From a virus, in IMG/VR virus record IMGVR_UViG_3300026521_000151, positions 3,627-67,626 of that record: 64,000 nt of DNA; one strand, 5' to 3'. Within the stretch, counting starts at the first letter, position 1. Each line of letters starts with the position of its first letter. The position numbers were made by a program, and so were the translations under genes. Below the pieces are notes generated by a model. It saw only the letters and a program-made list of their open reading frames with translations. It had not been told where the DNA came from and did not search any database. Of this stretch, positions 1 through 9,504 are shown piece by piece.

Positions 1-2
1 CA

Positions 3-788
3 TCTTTAACACAAGAGTTAGAAGATTTACACAAATTAAAAGATAACATATTAGCTCAAAAGGTACAAATTGATACTAAAAAGGATAATATATTATCTAT
101 CTTAGTTGAAAGTGAAACTAACTTAAAAATCAAACAAACAGAGTTAAATAATGAAATACAATCTATTGATGCACAACTTTTAGTTTATGAGGAAGAGGAA
201 CGAAGATACAAACAATTAGCTGATAATTTAATTCACTTAGAAAAAGAAAAGTTAATCTTTAAAGAAAAATATAGTGATATTCAAGATGAGTTAGCTTATA
301 TATCAGTTGCTTTAGCTGTGATTAAGTCTAATGCTATAACAAAAGAATACTTAAATAACTTTATTGTTTTATTAAATAGTAAGATAAAAGAGTTATCTGA
401 ATATGTAAATTTTACCACGGATATTATTATAAGTGAAACAAGAGGTAAATTAAAGTTTAAATTTGTTGAGGGTAATATAGAAAAGACACTTAATGCTTTG
501 TCTGCTGGTGAGAAAACAAGAGTAGCATTAATTACTTTATTTAGTGTATTAGAAACATTATCTATACTTGCTAACAATAAGTTTAATCTGTTAGTGTTGG
601 ATGAGTTATTAGGTGTGTTAGATGAAGAGGGTGTAGAAACATTAAAATTATTATTACAAAAGTATAAAGATAATATGTGTATCTTTGTAGTTTTACACCA
701 CAACGAAATAGATAGTAACTTTTTTGACGGTGTATATAATGTACATAAAACAAATGGAATTACAAATATAGAATATAAAGGAAATTAA
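3..788 (+). CDS. SbcC/Rad50-like recombination exonuclease ATPase subunit, C-terminal part (5' truncated by window)
   Basis: Frame is open from nt 3. Coiled coil, then ABC signature LSAGEKTR, Walker B LLVLDE and H-loop VLHH. Confidence 0.9.
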   Translation, partial: SLTQELEDLHKLKDNILAQKVQIDTKKDNILSILVESETNLKIKQTELNNEIQSIDAQLLVYEEEERRYKQLADNLIHLEKEKLIFKEKYSDIQDELAYISVALAVIKSNAITKEYLNNFIVLLNSKIKELSEYVNFTTDIIISETRGKLKFKFVEGNIEKTLNALSAGEKTRVALITLFSVLETLSILANNKFNLLVLDELLGVLDEEGVETLKLLLQKYKDNMCIFVVLHHNEIDSNFFDGVYNVHKTNGITNIEYKGN

Positions 789-790
789 AA

Positions 791-1342
791 ATGACAATAA
801 ATAAGAGAAATATAAAATACGAGGATTTTGTGAGAGAGAATCCTCATTTTATTGAGAGTAAAGTTAAGATGTTTTGTTTCAGCAAAGGTTATATACATCT
901 TTACGATATTCTTTTAAGTGAAGCCCAAATCATTGTTTTAAACTCTATTGAAACATACGATAACGAACAAGGAACACTTAAAGGTTGGATTAGTATTAAT
1001 ATACTTAATGGTTTAAGAAAGTTTATGAATAGTTACAATGAGTATAACAATACAAGTTTATACGAAATTCACGATGTTGATAACTCAAAAGTACATATTG
1101 ATTCGGATAGTTGTTTAGAGTTTCTTATTTATTTTGATAAGTTCAGCAAGGTAGAGCAGTTCATTATTGTATCTTATTTTTTTGAGAATGAAACTATAAC
1201 TTATATATCAAAGTTGTTAGGTCTACCTCGCTATAAAATAAATAATGTAGTTGATAGTTACAGTGAGTTTATGAAATGTGTTAGAACACACACTACAAGT
1301 AACTTTGAGTTATTAGCTAAAGGTTCTATTAATGAATTATAG
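791..1342 (+). CDS. Phage sigma70-family RNA polymerase sigma factor
   Basis: Region-2-like LLSEAQIIVLNSIETYDNEQGTLKGWISINILNGLRKF and region-4-like HTH EQFIIVSYFFENETITYISKLLGLPRYKI. Confidence 0.7.
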   Translation: MTINKRNIKYEDFVRENPHFIESKVKMFCFSKGYIHLYDILLSEAQIIVLNSIETYDNEQGTLKGWISINILNGLRKFMNSYNEYNNTSLYEIHDVDNSKVHIDSDSCLEFLIYFDKFSKVEQFIIVSYFFENETITYISKLLGLPRYKINNVVDSYSEFMKCVRTHTTSNFELLAKGSINEL

Positions 1343-2717
1343 AACACTTGAAAATATATATCAGGCGTTGGATGAGCTTTTGTTCCTCCCTGATATATAC
1401 AGTAGGAAATATAGATATGAAAAACTACACAACCAATATCCTGACACATTAGATAAAATAGTAAGTTATACTTTTGAGCTTAACAAATTAAATGTTACCC
1501 CTATTTATAATGATTTTACAAATTTTGATTATTCTATTGATTTTGGTAATTTAGTTTACTGTAATATGAATGATGAAGATTATCAAACTACTTTTACTCA
1601 ACTACCATATCCTATACAAAAATTAATATACATTATTTTAAATAAAACACTTATAAATAAATTAGGTGAAGATTACTTACTAATTAAAATGGATAAGTAC
1701 TATAAACTATCTGAATTGCTTTTAGACTTGCAAATGCCTGATATTATAGATAAAGTAAGTGTAGGTATTCAAGGATTAAAAAGAGATAAAATAAAGACAA
1801 TAGAGTTTCCTATCTATTTATACCAAATCCCTAATAAATTATCATATGATAGGCTACAATACTTTATAAAAAAAGATGGAGAGTATGTTTCTAACATTAA
1901 TTCAGGTGTTATCAGGGAATATATTAAAAACAATATAATGGAAGCTAATTATGGTGTTATAGGTATAACAACTAAGATACGAGGATTTAAGAGGAAATAT
2001 AAGTTTATACCTTTATACTTTAATCTCAATAGTAATAATGTTAAATTATTGTATCAAAATAAAGGTGCTGAGTACAGTAATGATTTAGACAGTTTAAATT
2101 TAGATAATATACCTAAACTAATTACTTTAAATAATGAGGATGAACTTAAAAACTTTATCTCTAAAAAGAAAAAGAAAGTTACTTACATAGTGTTATCTAA
2201 TAATGGTGTAGAGGTTATGAAGCCTAACATAGAGTATAAGAATGTTAAAATACTTGATTACATTTATAATGATTATTACGAAGCAAAAGGGTTAGTTGTT
2301 GAGTTTCAAGGCAGAAATTATGAAATATATTTTAATGTTATGGAAACTCACTATATAGATTCTATTGAGGATAAATATGTAAGAATTAGTGTAGTTAATT
2401 ATAAAGGTGTAGTTTTAAGTGTATATTACAACTCGGAGCTTAAATTATGGAGTAGGGTTAATAAGGTGTGTAAAGTGTGTGGTAAGGTTGATAGTAAGCA
2501 TAATAGGGATGGTGTTTGTAATAGTTGTATTTATAAATTTGAAAGGTATGTTGAGATTGTTAATAGAGAGTGTATTGTTGATTGTGTATCAGAATTTGAA
2601 ACGACTGTAGGTAATTATAGTTTCAAAAGTGTAGGAGGTAAGTTAGTAGTAAGTTGTATAGGTGTTTGTCAGCAGAATTTAGATTTGTTCAAAGGGAAGC
2701 TTTGTGAGAGTATTTAA
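1332..2717 (+). CDS. Hypothetical protein, possibly a degenerate ATP-dependent DNA ligase fold with C-terminal Cys cluster
   Basis: 461 aa. Patchy by-eye similarity to the ligase at 35163 but no KxDG. CxxC...CxxC near the C-terminus. Confidence 0.4.
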   Translation: MNYRTLENIYQALDELLFLPDIYSRKYRYEKLHNQYPDTLDKIVSYTFELNKLNVTPIYNDFTNFDYSIDFGNLVYCNMNDEDYQTTFTQLPYPIQKLIYIILNKTLINKLGEDYLLIKMDKYYKLSELLLDLQMPDIIDKVSVGIQGLKRDKIKTIEFPIYLYQIPNKLSYDRLQYFIKKDGEYVSNINSGVIREYIKNNIMEANYGVIGITTKIRGFKRKYKFIPLYFNLNSNNVKLLYQNKGAEYSNDLDSLNLDNIPKLITLNNEDELKNFISKKKKKVTYIVLSNNGVEVMKPNIEYKNVKILDYIYNDYYEAKGLVVEFQGRNYEIYFNVMETHYIDSIEDKYVRISVVNYKGVVLSVYYNSELKLWSRVNKVCKVCGKVDSKHNRDGVCNSCIYKFERYVEIVNRECIVDCVSEFETTVGNYSFKSVGGKLVVSCIGVCQQNLDLFKGKLCESI

Positions 2718-2800
2718 CTCTCACTCATAATAACAACCCTCTAACTCACCTATTATAAATAGTGTAAAGCTACCTAATAAAAAACCTATGAAGAATGAAG

Positions 2801-3052
2801 TCATTTTAGCTCCTTTAATAATTCTCTAATATATTTTTCAGTTATTTTACTATAACTCCTATCAACTTCTAATCTTTTATGATTAACATAGTTTAAGTAG
2901 TTTTTACATTGGTTACTGCTAAAAAACTCTATATTATTTATCATATTATCTGTAATGATTATATCAGAGTATATTGCTTGTGTTTTGTTATAATCATCTA
3001 CATAAACTAAAACTATATATTTTCCTAAATTATATATTTTACATTTTTTCAT
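2801..3052 (-). CDS. Hypothetical protein
   Basis: 83-aa ORF with AAGGA RBS, directly downstream of primase. Confidence 0.6.
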   Translation of the reverse strand: MKKCKIYNLGKYIVLVYVDDYNKTQAIYSDIIITDNMINNIEFFSSNQCKNYLNYVNHKRLEVDRSYSKITEKYIRELLKELK

Positions 3053-3061
3053 TTGTTTTCC

Positions 3062-3940
3062 TTACTTTCTAATTTCATTTTCAAAGTAATCACTGAAATC
3101 TTTATAACTTGATTTCATATAAGATTGTATCATAGTATCTTTGAATTTGTTAAGTGTTTTTACTTCAAAATAATCATTTAATTCTGATTTTTTAAATAAT
3201 TCTACTGCTTTTCTTCCAGCTTCATCTTTATCAAAACCTAAGTAAATAGTTTCAATTCCTTTTTCTAACAACTTCTTTATCTTATTATTACTCATATTGT
3301 AAGCAACACCAAAGTTACATATTGCTGAATAACCTAAATCCACGAAGGATAAAGTATCAAAAATACCCTCTGTTAAGATTACATAATTATTACTAAGTTG
3401 TGGATAAATTATATCTTTTACTTGGAAATTTTTACTATGTAAGTACTTTGGTTGTGTGTTACTGTCTAATGCTCTTGTTTCAAAAGCAACTATTTCATCT
3501 TTCTCTTTAATAGGTATTATCAACCTATTTCTAAATTTACCTTTACGACATACGTAAATACCTAAATCATTTATAACTTGTTTAGATAACCCTCTGTAAG
3601 TTTTTATATCTTCATTCTTAGGCGGTAATATAATACTTGCTTTAACCTCATATTTACTCTTTATGTTTTCAGCACCTTTTAACTTATTTTTAAGTTGTTG
3701 GTAATAACTTGCTCGTTCTAACTCTTCGGTATCAATTTCTTTATCTAACCAAAACCCTTTTTCCAACTTATAACCACAAGTGTAACAAAATGCAAAGCCT
3801 GTATCAGTATTAATACTAAAAGATGGTTTACTGTCATTGTGGTGAGGATTAAGGCATTGAGATAATAAATATCCTTCACCTGATTTACTATATTTTATAC
3901 TAAGTTTGTCTAACTTAGTTGTAATTATTTTCTCTAACAT
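3062..3940 (-). CDS. DNA primase (Zn finger + TOPRIM)
   Basis: CLNPHHNDSKPSF...CYTCG zinc finger; TOPRIM motifs TEGIFD and FDKDEAG. Confidence 0.92.
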   Translation of the reverse strand: MLEKIITTKLDKLSIKYSKSGEGYLLSQCLNPHHNDSKPSFSINTDTGFAFCYTCGYKLEKGFWLDKEIDTEELERASYYQQLKNKLKGAENIKSKYEVKASIILPPKNEDIKTYRGLSKQVINDLGIYVCRKGKFRNRLIIPIKEKDEIVAFETRALDSNTQPKYLHSKNFQVKDIIYPQLSNNYVILTEGIFDTLSFVDLGYSAICNFGVAYNMSNNKIKKLLEKGIETIYLGFDKDEAGRKAVELFKKSELNDYFEVKTLNKFKDTMIQSYMKSSYKDFSDYFENEIRK

Positions 3941-4398
3941 TTAAAATCCTTTGTTTTTATAAGCCCAAAAGTTTGTTCTGCGTTATAACCAAAAAGCTTT
4001 GTGAAACTTTTATAGGCACATTCCGAGCAACTTTTGTTCCATCTTATAACTTTTATTGTATAACCATTTGGGAGTATAATAGTGTTATTTACCCATTTAG
4101 CTTTATAAGGTTTCAAGATTGTTTTCTTTAACCAACCCAAAGACCATTTAAACCTTTTACCTCTCTTATCTTTATTATAATACCAAACTCTACTATACTT
4201 TTCACCCTTTAACCTCTTTTTAATATATCTTTCATCTTGTAGAGAACCCCAAACAACACTATAAACAATATCTTCTGTCATATCACACTCAAACATATAT
4301 TTTAGTTGTTTATATTTTCTTTCTTTCACTTTATTTATTATACCTCTTTTTCTGCCATTTAGTTTATTAAAATGATAATTATAGTAATGTAGTTGCAT
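3934..4398 (-). CDS. Hypothetical basic protein
   Basis: 154-aa ORF with AAGGAG RBS and upstream promoter. Confidence 0.6.
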   Translation of the reverse strand: MQLHYYNYHFNKLNGRKRGIINKVKERKYKQLKYMFECDMTEDIVYSVVWGSLQDERYIKKRLKGEKYSRVWYYNKDKRGKRFKWSLGWLKKTILKPYKAKWVNNTIILPNGYTIKVIRWNKSCSECAYKSFTKLFGYNAEQTFGLIKTKDFKC

Positions 4399-4426
4399 AT
4401 AGCTCCTTTAAATTATTTGTATTGAA

Positions 4427-4448
4427 ATTGTAACATAAGTTGCTTAAA
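4427..4448 (-). promoter_or_regulatory. Extended -10 promoter with upstream TTTAAG (Campylobacterota-like)
   Basis: Minus strand TTTAAGcaacttaTGtTACAAT. Same layout at 6407-6428 and 13345-13378. Confidence 0.6.
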
Positions 4449-4510
4449 GTTAGTTTAAATTATAGTTTATTGTGTGAAGAAGGCTCTAAAAAAAAAGCCT
4501 TCTCGTAGTT

Positions 4511-5719
4511 TTATTCAATAACTGTATATAAGTCAGTGAATGACATTGTATCAAAATCATTCTTTACCATACAAGTTATCTTTTGTGCATTTCTTGCTTT
4601 CTCTACTATAATACGAGAAACATTTTCAGCTCTTTCTTCTTTGTCTTGATATATAACTAAAAATAATGATGAGCTATATATTAGTTCTTGGCTACCTCTA
4701 CTTGATATTTGTATATGCCCATTTTTAGACACTTCTAAATTAACTTGCGTAGGTGATAGGATAACTACACCTGATTCGATAGCAAGTTGATGTAACTCTT
4801 TAACAAGGTTTGCTAAACTTTTCCACTCGTCATTAACACTATCAAAAGCTACAAGGTTTAAATAATCAATAACAATAAGTTTAACACCTTTGTCAATTAA
4901 ATCTTTAATTGTATCTTTTAATCCTGATATAGTATATCTTTTATGTTTGATGTAAAACTTATTTTCTCTATCAAAGTACTTAACTTTCCACTTGTCTATT
5001 AACTCTTTTTTACTTGAATTTTGTAGTAACTCTTTATAGTTAGTCTTGTTAATTTGTGAGTACATACGTGTTAAAAGTAAGCTTTCATCTAATTCAAGTG
5101 AAAGGAAACCTACACTATGCCCTTGCTCATACGTGTATAATGCTTGTTGTAGAGATAATAAGGACTTACCCCCACTCGACTTAGCACCAATGATAGATAA
5201 TCCTGTAAAGTTAATTCCTCTATCTCTAAGTGTGTCTAAACAATTATCAATATAAGATAAATTAACATTCTTAAAATCAACATTTAAAATATCATCAACA
5301 CCACTATCATCAACTTTATTAATTTTATTTTGTAAATCTAATAAAACAACTTTTAGTTTGTCTAAATCTTTGTTCTCAGCTAACTCAACTATCTTAGCAA
5401 CCTCACTATCAACTGATTTAGCTACACTATCATACCTTAACTCAGATAGTAATTCATCTGTGTTTAACTCACTCTCTATTTTATTTAATGAATCTATAAT
5501 AGCTGTGTAAGTTTCTGCTTTGTCTTTTGGTAATTTAGATTGAAACAGAGCTATTATATCATCTTTTGTGGGTAATTTATTGTGTTTAGAATAATAAGTG
5601 TCAAATAACCTTACTATATTTTTATAAGCCCCTGAAAATAAGTTAGGTGTGAGCTTATTAAGTAACTGCACGTTTCTATCTTTTAGTAATTGTTTTAGTG
5701 CTATCTTTTGAAAGTTCAT
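4511..5719 (-). CDS. DnaB-like replicative helicase
   Basis: Walker A GAKSSGGKS, SLELD, Walker B IVIDYL, PTQVN, KARNA. Confidence 0.9.
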   Translation of the reverse strand: MNFQKIALKQLLKDRNVQLLNKLTPNLFSGAYKNIVRLFDTYYSKHNKLPTKDDIIALFQSKLPKDKAETYTAIIDSLNKIESELNTDELLSELRYDSVAKSVDSEVAKIVELAENKDLDKLKVVLLDLQNKINKVDDSGVDDILNVDFKNVNLSYIDNCLDTLRDRGINFTGLSIIGAKSSGGKSLLSLQQALYTYEQGHSVGFLSLELDESLLLTRMYSQINKTNYKELLQNSSKKELIDKWKVKYFDRENKFYIKHKRYTISGLKDTIKDLIDKGVKLIVIDYLNLVAFDSVNDEWKSLANLVKELHQLAIESGVVILSPTQVNLEVSKNGHIQISSRGSQELIYSSSLFLVIYQDKEERAENVSRIIVEKARNAQKITCMVKNDFDTMSFTDLYTVIE

Positions 5720-5813
5720 TTATTCTCCTTTAATTGTTCATTCATTATTAATCCTTTATTTTAGTAGAACCTATACTTAATATAAATTCAAATAAAATAA
5801 AGAGATTTCCTCT

Positions 5814-6380
5814 TTATTTGTTGTTATTTTGTTTACCACAGAAAGTGTGTAACTCTTCGGGGATGTCTTCTACACCTAACTCCATTAGTGTTGATACGTA
5901 GTCTGCGACATAAACTTGTAACCTAAATAAGAATGCTGCATAAATCTGTGTAAATCCTTTTGGTCGTTCTAAGATTAAGGTATTAGTTGCAGAATTAATT
6001 TTAAAAGTGGTACTGCTATCTAAGTCTTTGTGTATATTTTTATTAAATAAATCTAAGCTAAACTTTTTATTCTTCGTTGTGTTTGTTAAATTAGTTAGAG
6101 GCTTTAACGTTTTACTGATATATAACAAATCACTTAAAACACAATAACCTCTTAATTTAATCTGACTATCTAAACCTTTAAATGTAACACCTCTTTTATT
6201 AAATGACAAACCATAATAGCCTAAGTCTTTTTGGTAAATATAAAACACTTCGCCTTGGTAATGTGTCATACGTAGTATTGCAGTGTAAGGTAATAATTCT
6301 CCTTTATCACTATAAATAGTAACACCCATATTTAATAGTGTTTCAAAATACTTTTTAATTACAACTATATCTAATCTCAT
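5814..6380 (-). CDS. Hypothetical protein
   Basis: 188-aa ORF with AAGGAG RBS and upstream promoter. Confidence 0.6.
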   Translation of the reverse strand: MRLDIVVIKKYFETLLNMGVTIYSDKGELLPYTAILRMTHYQGEVFYIYQKDLGYYGLSFNKRGVTFKGLDSQIKLRGYCVLSDLLYISKTLKPLTNLTNTTKNKKFSLDLFNKNIHKDLDSSTTFKINSATNTLILERPKGFTQIYAAFLFRLQVYVADYVSTLMELGVEDIPEELHTFCGKQNNNK

Positions 6381-6434
6381 TTTAATCTCCTTTATTTGTT
6401 GTTAGAATTGTAGCATAGTTTTCTTAAACTCTAC

Positions 6435-7046
6435 TTAATCTCCTGTATAATTTTTATCATTTCTTAACCAATCTATTGTAGGTTGTCCTACATAGTCTTT
6501 CCGCCAAATAAACCAAGCATAGCATATAGCATTACTTGTACCTGTATTAATACCATTTTTATACATAGGTTGTCTATTACTAAAAACTAATACATTCTTT
6601 AACATCATATTACTTGTAAAGAAATCATATCTTTTAATACTTTCTAAGAAGGTTATTTTTAGGGACATAGCCACACCTATCTCAGCAACAGCTAAACTCT
6701 TCTCTACAAAAGGTATAAGGAGTTTAGAATCATAAGGAGGGTTTGTTATAACCCAATCATACTTTTTATTAGGTTTCCATTGTAAGAAGTCAATACCACT
6801 TTCTACACTTGGTTCACCATAATCATATAAATCTACTGCCTTCACTTCACAATTTTTATGATATTGTTTTACTAATTTTCCTATATTATTTTTACCTGCA
6901 CAGGGTTCTGACACTTCATATAAATTATTGTCTAAGTAACCACTCTCTAATAATGATTTTGTAGATATATCAGGTGTAGGGTAAAAATCCCTACTACACC
7001 TTTCTGATTTACCTTTTCCGCCTGTCATTAAACTAACTCCTGCCAT
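6435..7046 (-). CDS. DNA amino (N6-adenine-type) methyltransferase
   Basis: DFYPTP, SAM-binding EPCAG and catalytic ITNPPY; common orphan phage MTase type. Confidence 0.85.
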   Translation of the reverse strand: MAGVSLMTGGKGKSERCSRDFYPTPDISTKSLLESGYLDNNLYEVSEPCAGKNNIGKLVKQYHKNCEVKAVDLYDYGEPSVESGIDFLQWKPNKKYDWVITNPPYDSKLLIPFVEKSLAVAEIGVAMSLKITFLESIKRYDFFTSNMMLKNVLVFSNRQPMYKNGINTGTSNAICYAWFIWRKDYVGQPTIDWLRNDKNYTGD

Positions 7047-7073
7047 TATCTATCCTTTTATTATATTTATTCT

Positions 7074-7277
7074 CTAACTTAAAATCCATTTGTCAACCTT
7101 ATAAAATAAAAAAGCTAAGGCAAATTGAGTAATAAGTAAATGTATATACTCAGCATACTTATTTCCTTCACAGCATTTATATTTAATTAAAAAGTAAAGT
7201 GGTATAAATGCTATAACACCACTTATCAACCATCTGGTTAAATATAATAAATAGTTTAAAGTTAAGTAATCAGTCAT
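7074..7277 (-). CDS. Small membrane protein
   Basis: 67 aa with two hydrophobic segments. Confidence 0.5.
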   Translation of the reverse strand: MTDYLTLNYLLYLTRWLISGVIAFIPLYFLIKYKCCEGNKYAEYIHLLITQFALAFLFYKVDKWILS

Positions 7278-7377
7278 TTCTAAACCTTTCTATTCTATTA
7301 CTTCTATTTCCATATCTTTAATATCAATTTCTTTTATCATTTTATAACTCCTTATCTTTTAATTACTTCACAAATTA

Positions 7378-7509
7378 CTTTTCAAGTATATAACTTTTTC
7401 TGAATGGTAATAAGTATTAACGGAACTTTTTGTAAAAAAAGGTAGTCCAGACTACCTTTTCAAGTATATAACTTTTTCTGAATGGTAATAAGTATTAACG
7501 GAACTTTTT
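7378..7509. repeat. Two identical 54-bp direct repeats separated by a terminator-like hairpin
   Basis: CTTTTCAAGTATATAACTTTTTCTGAATGGTAATAAGTATTAACGGAACTTTTT at 7378 and 7456 (period 78). Confidence 0.9.
7433..7460 (-). terminator. Intrinsic terminator
   Basis: Minus strand AAAAGGTAGT-ctgg-ACTACCTTTT continuing into a U tract. Confidence 0.7.
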
Positions 7510-7538
7510 TAAGGGTACCGGTACCCAAATCAAGTAAA

Positions 7539-7568
7539 ATTATAACAAAAAAATAAATTGTATGTCAA
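7539..7568 (-). promoter_or_regulatory. Consensus sigma70 promoter
   Basis: Minus strand TTGACA-18-TATAAT with extended TG. Confidence 0.7.
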
Positions 7569-7589
7569 GTGTTTTACAAAAAGAGAAAG

Positions 7590-8376
7590 TCAAGAAAGTT
7601 TATTTAAAACTTCCTCAATCTCTTCTAATGTAGCGTTGTTAGATAAAATTTCTAACTCCCCTACACTATAACCTATTTCTAAATCTGCCTCATTATCTAC
7701 TTCCCAGCTCTCATCATATTTATAAGTCATCAGTTCAATTAAATTATCATTTAACCATTTAATAATCCCTGTGTCAGGTTTAACATATAACATAACGCTG
7801 TCGTGAACTGTGTTAGAAATTATTATATCTTCTATATAACCTTGCTTCTCTATTCTTTCTTGTAATTTAAAGATAGTTCTAACCATCAGTAAAGCAAAAG
7901 ATTGAATAGTTGTATTTACCATAGTTCTTAAAATACTTGCATATTGTCTATCATCACTCATATCTTTTAAATTACTTCTTACCTTTAAACCAAAAGCACC
8001 TGTAACAAAACCTTTACTTAAAATTTGTTTTTCTATTTTACCCCAATACTTTTTAGTAACAGCATACATTTCCCAATATTTATCTAATATCTTTTGTGCT
8101 TCTTCTTTTGAGATTTTTAATGATTTACTTACAGCAATATGTGTACTTCCATAAGTTGCTCCAAATGTAACAGACTTCCCCTGCTGCCTTAAATCTTTTA
8201 TTTCATCTTTTAAAGAGTTAATACTTTCAGGGTTGTCTCTATTAAAAGTTATTCCTCTATTTTTTATTTCTTCTTCAAAATAGTATGTTGCTGCTAAAGT
8301 ATGTCCATCAAATCCTTGTGTAAAAACTTTTATTTTATTAGGGTCTTTTGTTACATTAGCCCCTACTCTGTCTTCG
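7590..8376 (-). CDS. polA: Family A DNA polymerase, exon 2
   Basis: Second half of motif A (EDRVGA), motif B RQQGKSVTFGATYG, motif C TVHDS. Joins exon 1 in frame to give an 848-aa spliced product. Confidence 0.9.
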
Positions 8377-8608
8377 CAATCTGTTATGAGGTTTGCTACA
8401 CCTCTCTCCAATTTCTTGGAGTGTCGGACTATATCATCACCCACAGCATTATCTGTTTGGGTGGTACCTGTTTCGACTTCACTTGAAGCCTACCCTACTC
8501 CCTTTAAGGTTATTTTAATAACCCCATCTAATTTTATATAGGTGTCATTAGTCTTGTATCTGACAAGATGTAGGTTTCGGTAGTCTCTGAACCGATTAGT
8601 GTTTTATT

Positions 8609-9343
8609 CTATTTATCTTTATAAATAAATTTATAACCATTAAATACTTTATTATATCTTAAAGTACGACTTATATTACTATGGTTTGTATTAAAATATT
8701 CAGCAGCCTCTTTTATAGAATAGAACTCTTTTATAATATCACCTGTTGTAATATCAATTTGGTATAAAGGTTTCCTTAAAGTAGAAATTTTAGCTGGTTT
8801 AGGTCTAAATGTTCCTTCTTTATACCTCCATTTAAAATCACCTGTTGTTTTTCTTTCACCTCTACATACTTTACCAATTAAAGCTGTGTGTAAATTATTT
8901 TGTTTAGCTGCTTCTGTTATAGATGGGTACTCTTCTAAAACTTCATTTGTATTTTTATCAATCTTTAAAACTTCTGTGGTTGGAACTTTAACTAACCCAT
9001 TAGCTTGTGCATGTTGGTTATTTTCTTTAATTGTAACCCATTCTAAATTATTTAATGAATTATTTGTTTTGTTTCCATCTTTGTGATTAACACAACATTT
9101 ATTTTCTGGGTTAGGTATAAAATGTAATGCTAATAATCTGTGAATAAAAACATTCTTTCTCTTTTTTGTTTTAGGTTGAACTAATGTTACCAAATAATAA
9201 CCTACACCTTTATCTAAAACAGGTTTTAATTTTATCCATTTATCCCCTAAACCACTAATTTTATATTTATACCCACTATAAACATCACCATTTTCTGTAA
9301 TTTTATATACACCATTGTAACCATCAATCAACTTTTCTCTCAT
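8609..9343 (-). CDS. Intron-encoded HNH homing endonuclease (NUMOD4-like N-terminus, HNH, two NUMOD1-like repeats)
   Basis: HRLLALHFIPNPENKCCVNHKDGNKTNNSLNNLEWVT; C-terminal EYPSITEAAK and EFYSIKEAAE repeats. Confidence 0.92.
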   Translation of the reverse strand: MREKLIDGYNGVYKITENGDVYSGYKYKISGLGDKWIKLKPVLDKGVGYYLVTLVQPKTKKRKNVFIHRLLALHFIPNPENKCCVNHKDGNKTNNSLNNLEWVTIKENNQHAQANGLVKVPTTEVLKIDKNTNEVLEEYPSITEAAKQNNLHTALIGKVCRGERKTTGDFKWRYKEGTFRPKPAKISTLRKPLYQIDITTGDIIKEFYSIKEAAEYFNTNHSNISRTLRYNKVFNGYKFIYKDK

Positions 9344-9350
9344 TTAAACC

Positions 9351-9394
9351 CCTTAATTTTCTTATATTATATCAAAAAATTAAGGAAATATCAA
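9351..9394 (-). promoter_or_regulatory. Intron-internal promoter and RBS-sequestering hairpin for the HNH gene
   Basis: TTGATA-17-TATAAT (9394-9366); a 10-bp stem CCTTAATTTT/AAAATTAAGG covers the SD. Confidence 0.65.
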
Positions 9395-9504
9395 GAACAA
9401 AACACTAACTTGGCTGCTGATTGTCCTCAACTTTACTTGTTAGGATTTCCAGCAATTAAGGTACTTTTCATAAAAGGTTTCCCTTTTATGCCCCCGATTT
9501 GTTA

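Larger units (their letters stand above)
8377..9504 (-). mobile_element. Group I self-splicing intron (about 1128 nt) in polymerase motif A
   Basis: P AATTGCTGGAAA, Q AATCAGCAGC, R GTTCAGAGACTA, S GATATAGTCC. P1 pairs exon GCCCU with intron GGGGC (U.G at the splice site). Terminal G at 8377. Splicing restores DFSALEDR. Confidence 0.9.

Noticed and set aside
7378-7509. CRISPR array
   Set aside because: Only two repeats, 54 bp is too long, the 24-bp spacer is a terminator hairpin, and no cas genes are present.
8377-8444. Annotated N-terminus MGDDIVRH... of the 284-aa pol ORF as an independent gene start
   Set aside because: This stretch is intron S/P9 sequence; the true exon begins at 8376.
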